Source: Bythopirellula sp. (GTDB taxonomy: Bacteria; Planctomycetota; Planctomycetia; Pirellulales; Lacipirellulaceae). Taken from it: a stretch of 64,000 nucleotides of DNA. Below, piece after piece: positions 60,037 to 64,000 of this stretch. Location of the stretch: the NCBI GenBank assembly GCA_965216565.1, contig OZ244170.1, forward strand, positions 5,024,001 through 5,088,000, given 5' to 3'. A program made the position numbers and the translations under genes. Position 1 is the stretch's first letter, and the number at the start of each line of letters is the position of its first letter. Below the pieces are notes generated by a model. That model ran no database searches and was not told the origin of the DNA. It saw only the letters and a list, made by a program, of their open reading frames with translations.

Positions 60037-62700
60037 CTATCCTTTAGTCACAAAATTTACGAGTCGTCCTGGCACGACGATTGTTTTCACAATTTCTTTG
60101 CCGTCAAGAATCTCTGCGATACGAGTATCCTCGCGGGCCAGTTTTTCGACGGTTGCCTGGTCTGCCTCAGCTGGGACAGTTACCTTGCTTCGCACTTTTC
60201 CTTTGATTTGCACAGGAATCTCGATTGAGTCCTCGACGAGTAGAGCCTCATCGTACTGTGGCCACGGCTCGTAAGCTAGCGATTTTTTATGCCCCAGCGC
60301 TAGCCAAAGTTCCTCGGCAATGTGGGGTGCAAACGGGGCGAGCAGAAGTAATAGCTGTTCCAGTGCGACTCGTGGTCGACGCTGCTGTTTAGTAAAAAAG
60401 TTCGTGAACTCCATCATTCGGGCGATGGCTGTATTGAACGAGAGCTTCGCGACGTCGTTGGTGACAGCCATGATAGTCTTGTGCAAGACACGATTCTGCT
60501 CGTCGGTCGGCGCCTCGTCGCTTACTGCCTCTTGGAGAGTCATTGCCTCGGCATTATCGTCGACAATCATTCGCCACACACGACCGAGAAAGTTGTAAAC
60601 GCCGTTCACCCCTTCCATACTCCAGGGCTTCACTTGCTCGAGCGGTCCCATGAACATCTCGTAAAGCCGAAGCGCGTCGGCCCCATACTCGCTCACGACA
60701 TCGTCGGGATTAATAACATTGCCGCGGCTCTTGGACATTTTCTCATTGTTCTCGCCAAGAATCATTCCCTGGTTGACGAGTTTCTGGAACGGTTCGGCCG
60801 TGCTGACCACTCCGCGGTCGTAGAGCACTTTGTGCCAGAAGCGGGAATAAAGTAGGTGCAGTACTGCATGCTCCGCACCACCGACATATAGGTCGACGGG
60901 CATCCACGCTTTTTCAATTTCGGGATCAATAGGTGCATCTGTATTTGTAGGATCGAGAAACCGCAAGTAGTACCAGCAAGATCCTGCCCACTGCGGCATG
61001 GTGTTCGTTTCGCGTTTGTAGCGAACGCCGTCCACCACCTGGTAGAGCCACTCCTCGGGAGCTTTGTCGAGCGGTGGCTCGGGACGACCATGGGGTTTGA
61101 AGTCGTCTAAATGGGGCAAGTCCACCGGAAGTTGCTCTTCCGGAACTGCTCGTACTCGCCCCGTCTTGTTTCCCTCGTCGTCCAGCTCATGCAGGATGGG
61201 AAAGGGCTCGCCCCAGAAACGTTGTCGGCTAAATAGCCAGTCACGGAGCTTGTAGTTGACGGCCTCTTTGCCGAGGCCTTTGCTTTCGAGCCACTCGGTG
61301 ATCTTCTGTTTGAATTTCGCTGTCGGCAGACCATCGAACTCTCCAGAATTCACGGCTAGACCGAGTTCCGAATAGACCTGCTCGCCCGCAAGCACAGCCT
61401 CCCGCTCGCTTGCGGTTTCGCCAGGGTCGACCACGCATTGGATGGGGATGTCGTATTGCTTGGCAAACTCAAAGTCGCGCTCGTCGTGCGCGGGAACAGC
61501 CATAATCGCTCCCGTGCCGTAGCTCACCAGCACATAGTCGGCAATCCAGATGGGGACTTTCTCACCATTCACAGGATTAGTGGCAAAGCTGCCAGTGAAG
61601 ACACCGGTCTTTTCTTTGGCCAATTCCGTTCGATCCAGTTCGCTCTTTTTCGACGCCTGCTCGCAATAGGCTTTCACAGCTTCGGCTTGCTCGGGAGTCG
61701 TCAGTCGCTCGACGTAAGGATGCTCCGGAGCGATGACCATATAGGTCGCACCGAAGAGTGTATCTGGCCGAGTTGTGTAGACTCTTAAAACATCGTTGTT
61801 AGGCTTTTCTGTGAATCCAGTTCGCTCGCTGATGCTATACCATTCGATTAGATCTTCTAAATCGTCGAACCCTGGCCCTGGGATTCGTACAAGAAAATCT
61901 ACTTCCGCCCCGGTGCTACGGCCAATCCAGTTGCGCTGAAGCGATTTGATGCCCTCGGACCAATCGAGCCCTTTCAAATCATTTTCCAATCGCTCCGCGT
62001 ATGCAGTAATGCGGAGCATCCATTGACGGAGTGGACGACGTTCGACCGGGTGACCGCCCCGTTCGCTCTTGCCGTCGATCACTTCTTCGTTGGCCAGCAC
62101 TGTTCCCAACTTGGGGCACCAGTTCACCGGCGCTTCGCTTTGATAGGCCAGCCGGTGCTCGTCTTGATAGTCGCGGACCGCCTCGGCACCGGCTGCTTCG
62201 ACATCGGCGGGAATCGGCAATTCGCTAATCGGTCGGCCGCGCTGCTCGTCGTGGTCGAACCAGGTGTCGAAGATTTGCAGAAAGATCCACTGGGTCCAGC
62301 GAAAATACTCGACGTCGGTAGTGGCCAACTCGCGCGACCAATCGTAGCTGAAGCCAAGCATCTTGAGCTGCCGACGAAAAGTGTCGATGTTCTGCTCAGT
62401 TTGAATCCGCGGATGCTCACCGGTCTTGATGGCGTGCTCTTCGGCGGGGAGACCAAACGAGTCGAATCCCATCGGATGCACCACCGATTTGCCTTGCATC
62501 CGTGCGGCGCGGCAGACGATGTCTGTGGCCGTATAGCCCTCGGGGTGGCCCACGTGCAGACCGTTACCGCTGGGGTAAGGGAACATGTCGAGAACGTAGA
62601 GCTTCTCACCTTTCGGCAAGCGAGGAGCAGCAAAGGTATCTTGCTCTTCCCAGTGCTTTTGCCATTTCGGTTCGATGACGGCTGGATTGTATCGCGGCAT
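60037..62700 (-). CDS. leuS: Leucine-tRNA ligase
   Basis: [35 protein letters not shown]. Confidence 0.98.
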   Translation of the reverse strand: MPRYNPAVIEPKWQKHWEEQDTFAAPRLPKGEKLYVLDMFPYPSGNGLHVGHPEGYTATDIVCRAARMQGKSVVHPMGFDSFGLPAEEHAIKTGEHPRIQTEQNIDTFRRQLKMLGFSYDWSRELATTDVEYFRWTQWIFLQIFDTWFDHDEQRGRPISELPIPADVEAAGAEAVRDYQDEHRLAYQSEAPVNWCPKLGTVLANEEVIDGKSERGGHPVERRPLRQWMLRITAYAERLENDLKGLDWSEGIKSLQRNWIGRSTGAEVDFLVRIPGPGFDDLEDLIEWYSISERTGFTEKPNNDVLRVYTTRPDTLFGATYMVIAPEHPYVERLTTPEQAEAVKAYCEQASKKSELDRTELAKEKTGVFTGSFATNPVNGEKVPIWIADYVLVSYGTGAIMAVPAHDERDFEFAKQYDIPIQCVVDPGETASEREAVLAGEQVYSELGLAVNSGEFDGLPTAKFKQKITEWLESKGLGKEAVNYKLRDWLFSRQRFWGEPFPILHELDDEGNKTGRVRAVPEEQLPVDLPHLDDFKPHGRPEPPLDKAPEEWLYQVVDGVRYKRETNTMPQWAGSCWYYLRFLDPTNTDAPIDPEIEKAWMPVDLYVGGAEHAVLHLLYSRFWHKVLYDRGVVSTAEPFQKLVNQGMILGENNEKMSKSRGNVINPDDVVSEYGADALRLYEMFMGPLEQVKPWSMEGVNGVYNFLGRVWRMIVDDNAEAMTLQEAVSDEAPTDEQNRVLHKTIMAVTNDVAKLSFNTAIARMMEFTNFFTKQQRRPRVALEQLLLLLAPFAPHIAEELWLALGHKKSLAYEPWPQYDEALLVEDSIEIPVQIKGKVRSKVTVPAEADQATVEKLAREDTRIAEILDGKEIVKTIVVPGRLVNFVTKG

Positions 62701-62968
62701 AAGTGAGTTGCGGGTTTTCTGGATTCTAGATTTCGAAATGCCCCGCCAGTCGTTATCGAAAATCGGCTAATGGGCAGCATTGGGGAGTCGGCAAAGACCT
62801 GATTCTAATGGTGTTTTAGCCCTGTGCCTACCTTGCCGCCAGTTGACTTGCGATTGTTCAACTAAGTACGATAGCAGGTTTGCCGTGCCTCCGAGATCCG
62901 CCCCTGAGAAACTTAATTTGGGGAACGGAGGAATCATACGGCCACTCCGGGTCCAGGGCTGAATTCAC

Positions 62969-64000
62969 ATGGAAACGACCAAAGTTGGCATCATCGGTTT
63001 GGGAACAGTCGGTTCCGGGGTGGCGAGATTGCTGCTGGACTTTGGCGATCGTACTGGTCGCCATGCCGGACGTACCCTCTGGCTAGAAAAGGCAGTGGTT
63101 CGGGATTTGAAGAAGGCCCGAGACTGCGATCTGCCCACCGATGTTCTCACCGACGACATGGACGCGGTGATCGACAATCCTGATATCCAGGTGGTTGCCC
63201 AATTGATTGGTGGACTGGAGCCCGCCCGCACGATCATGTTGCGACTCCTGGAAAGTGGCAAGGACGTCATCACAGCGAATAAGGCCTTGCTCGCGGAGCA
63301 TGGGCCAGAGATCTTCGATCGGGCCCGCGAATTGGGCCGCTGCGTGGCCTTCGAGGCATCGGTTGCCGGGGGCATCCCCATTATCGCCAACATTGGGCAG
63401 TGCTTGTCGGCAAACCAAATCGAATCGCTGCAGGGCATACTCAACGGGACCAGCAACTTCATCCTCAGCAAGATGCACGAAGAAGGCCTGGCCTACGATG
63501 ATGTATTGGCCGAGGCGCAACGATTGGGTTATGCCGAGGCAGATCCGACGATGGATGTCGACGGGACCGACGCCGCCCAGAAGCTGGCAATTCTTGCTCA
63601 CTTGGCATTTGGGGCACGAGTTCACTGGAGCGACATTCCCCGCATTGGAATCGACAATCTTCAAGTGTGCGATGTGGGCTACGCGCAGGAAATGGGCTAT
63701 CGCATCAAGTTGTTGGCCGTTGCCCAACTTGTGGACGAAGGATTGGAACTGCATGTGTCGCCAACGCTAGTTCGCAGTGGCCGACCGCTGGCAGAAGTCG
63801 GTGGGCCTTACAACGCGATCCGCGTTACTGCAGATGCCGTAGGGCAATTGCTGTTTTATGGTCCCGGTGCTGGGCAAATGCCGACCGCCTCGGCAGTCGT
63901 TGCCGACTTAATCGATACGGCAGTGGGCCGCGCACAAATCACTTTTAGCACCCTAGAACTTTGGTCGAATCAAACAGCCCGCGTGAACGCCGCAGATTTC
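62969..64000 (+). CDS. hom: Homoserine dehydrogenase (3'-truncated by window edge; absent from the ORF track)
   Basis: Manual translation METTKVGIIGLGTVGSGV...TANKALLA...FEASVAGGIP...GILNGTSNF...GYAEADPT.DVDGTDAAQK...YGPGAG. Confidence 0.95.
   Translation, partial: METTKVGIIGLGTVGSGVARLLLDFGDRTGRHAGRTLWLEKAVVRDLKKARDCDLPTDVLTDDMDAVIDNPDIQVVAQLIGGLEPARTIMLRLLESGKDVITANKALLAEHGPEIFDRARELGRCVAFEASVAGGIPIIANIGQCLSANQIESLQGILNGTSNFILSKMHEEGLAYDDVLAEAQRLGYAEADPTMDVDGTDAAQKLAILAHLAFGARVHWSDIPRIGIDNLQVCDVGYAQEMGYRIKLLAVAQLVDEGLELHVSPTLVRSGRPLAEVGGPYNAIRVTADAVGQLLFYGPGAGQMPTASAVVADLIDTAVGRAQITFSTLELWSNQTARVNAADF

Noticed and set aside
1..64000. CRISPR array, tRNA or rRNA genes
   Set aside because: No regularly spaced direct repeats with unique spacers; GGTTC-like hits (e.g. 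~41440, ~41797) lack a cloverleaf

Overview
A 64-kb chromosomal window that looks like a planctomycete (Pirellulales, probably Lacipirellulaceae-like; inferred from gene content, not from a marker search). Most of it is housekeeping backbone: thrS-infC-rpmI-rplT-pheS-pheT, hisE-hisG, miaA, moaC, a polyprenyl synthase, a J-domain gene-rnpA-yidD-FlgI-like-smc, ppk1, ftsH, glgC, leuS and the 5' part of hom. The main accessory region is a ~13-kb co-oriented island (19.2-32.1 kb) of ten PEP-CTERM surface-protein genes. It holds eight copies of an unrecognised ~170-aa domain (core AQD[TS]H...PPTEG...SG[LF]...AQIV), one ORF that chains two complete signal-peptide/domain/PEP-CTERM units (apparent polyprotein), mosaic gene-converted paralogs, an ASPIC/UnbV protein and a vanadium haloperoxidase. 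Several of these proteins are strongly enriched in an Asp-Pro-Asn tripeptide. Two more PEP-CTERM genes lie at 39.5 and 42-43 kb. Also present: a Cys-motif-rich ABC/DUF3299 cluster (probably metal handling), a candidate sigma54-driven small RNA at ~1.65-1.82 kb, an AUC-initiated infC, and several families of REP/MITE-like inverted repeats. No rRNA, tRNA, CRISPR array, transposase or exosortase gene was recognised.
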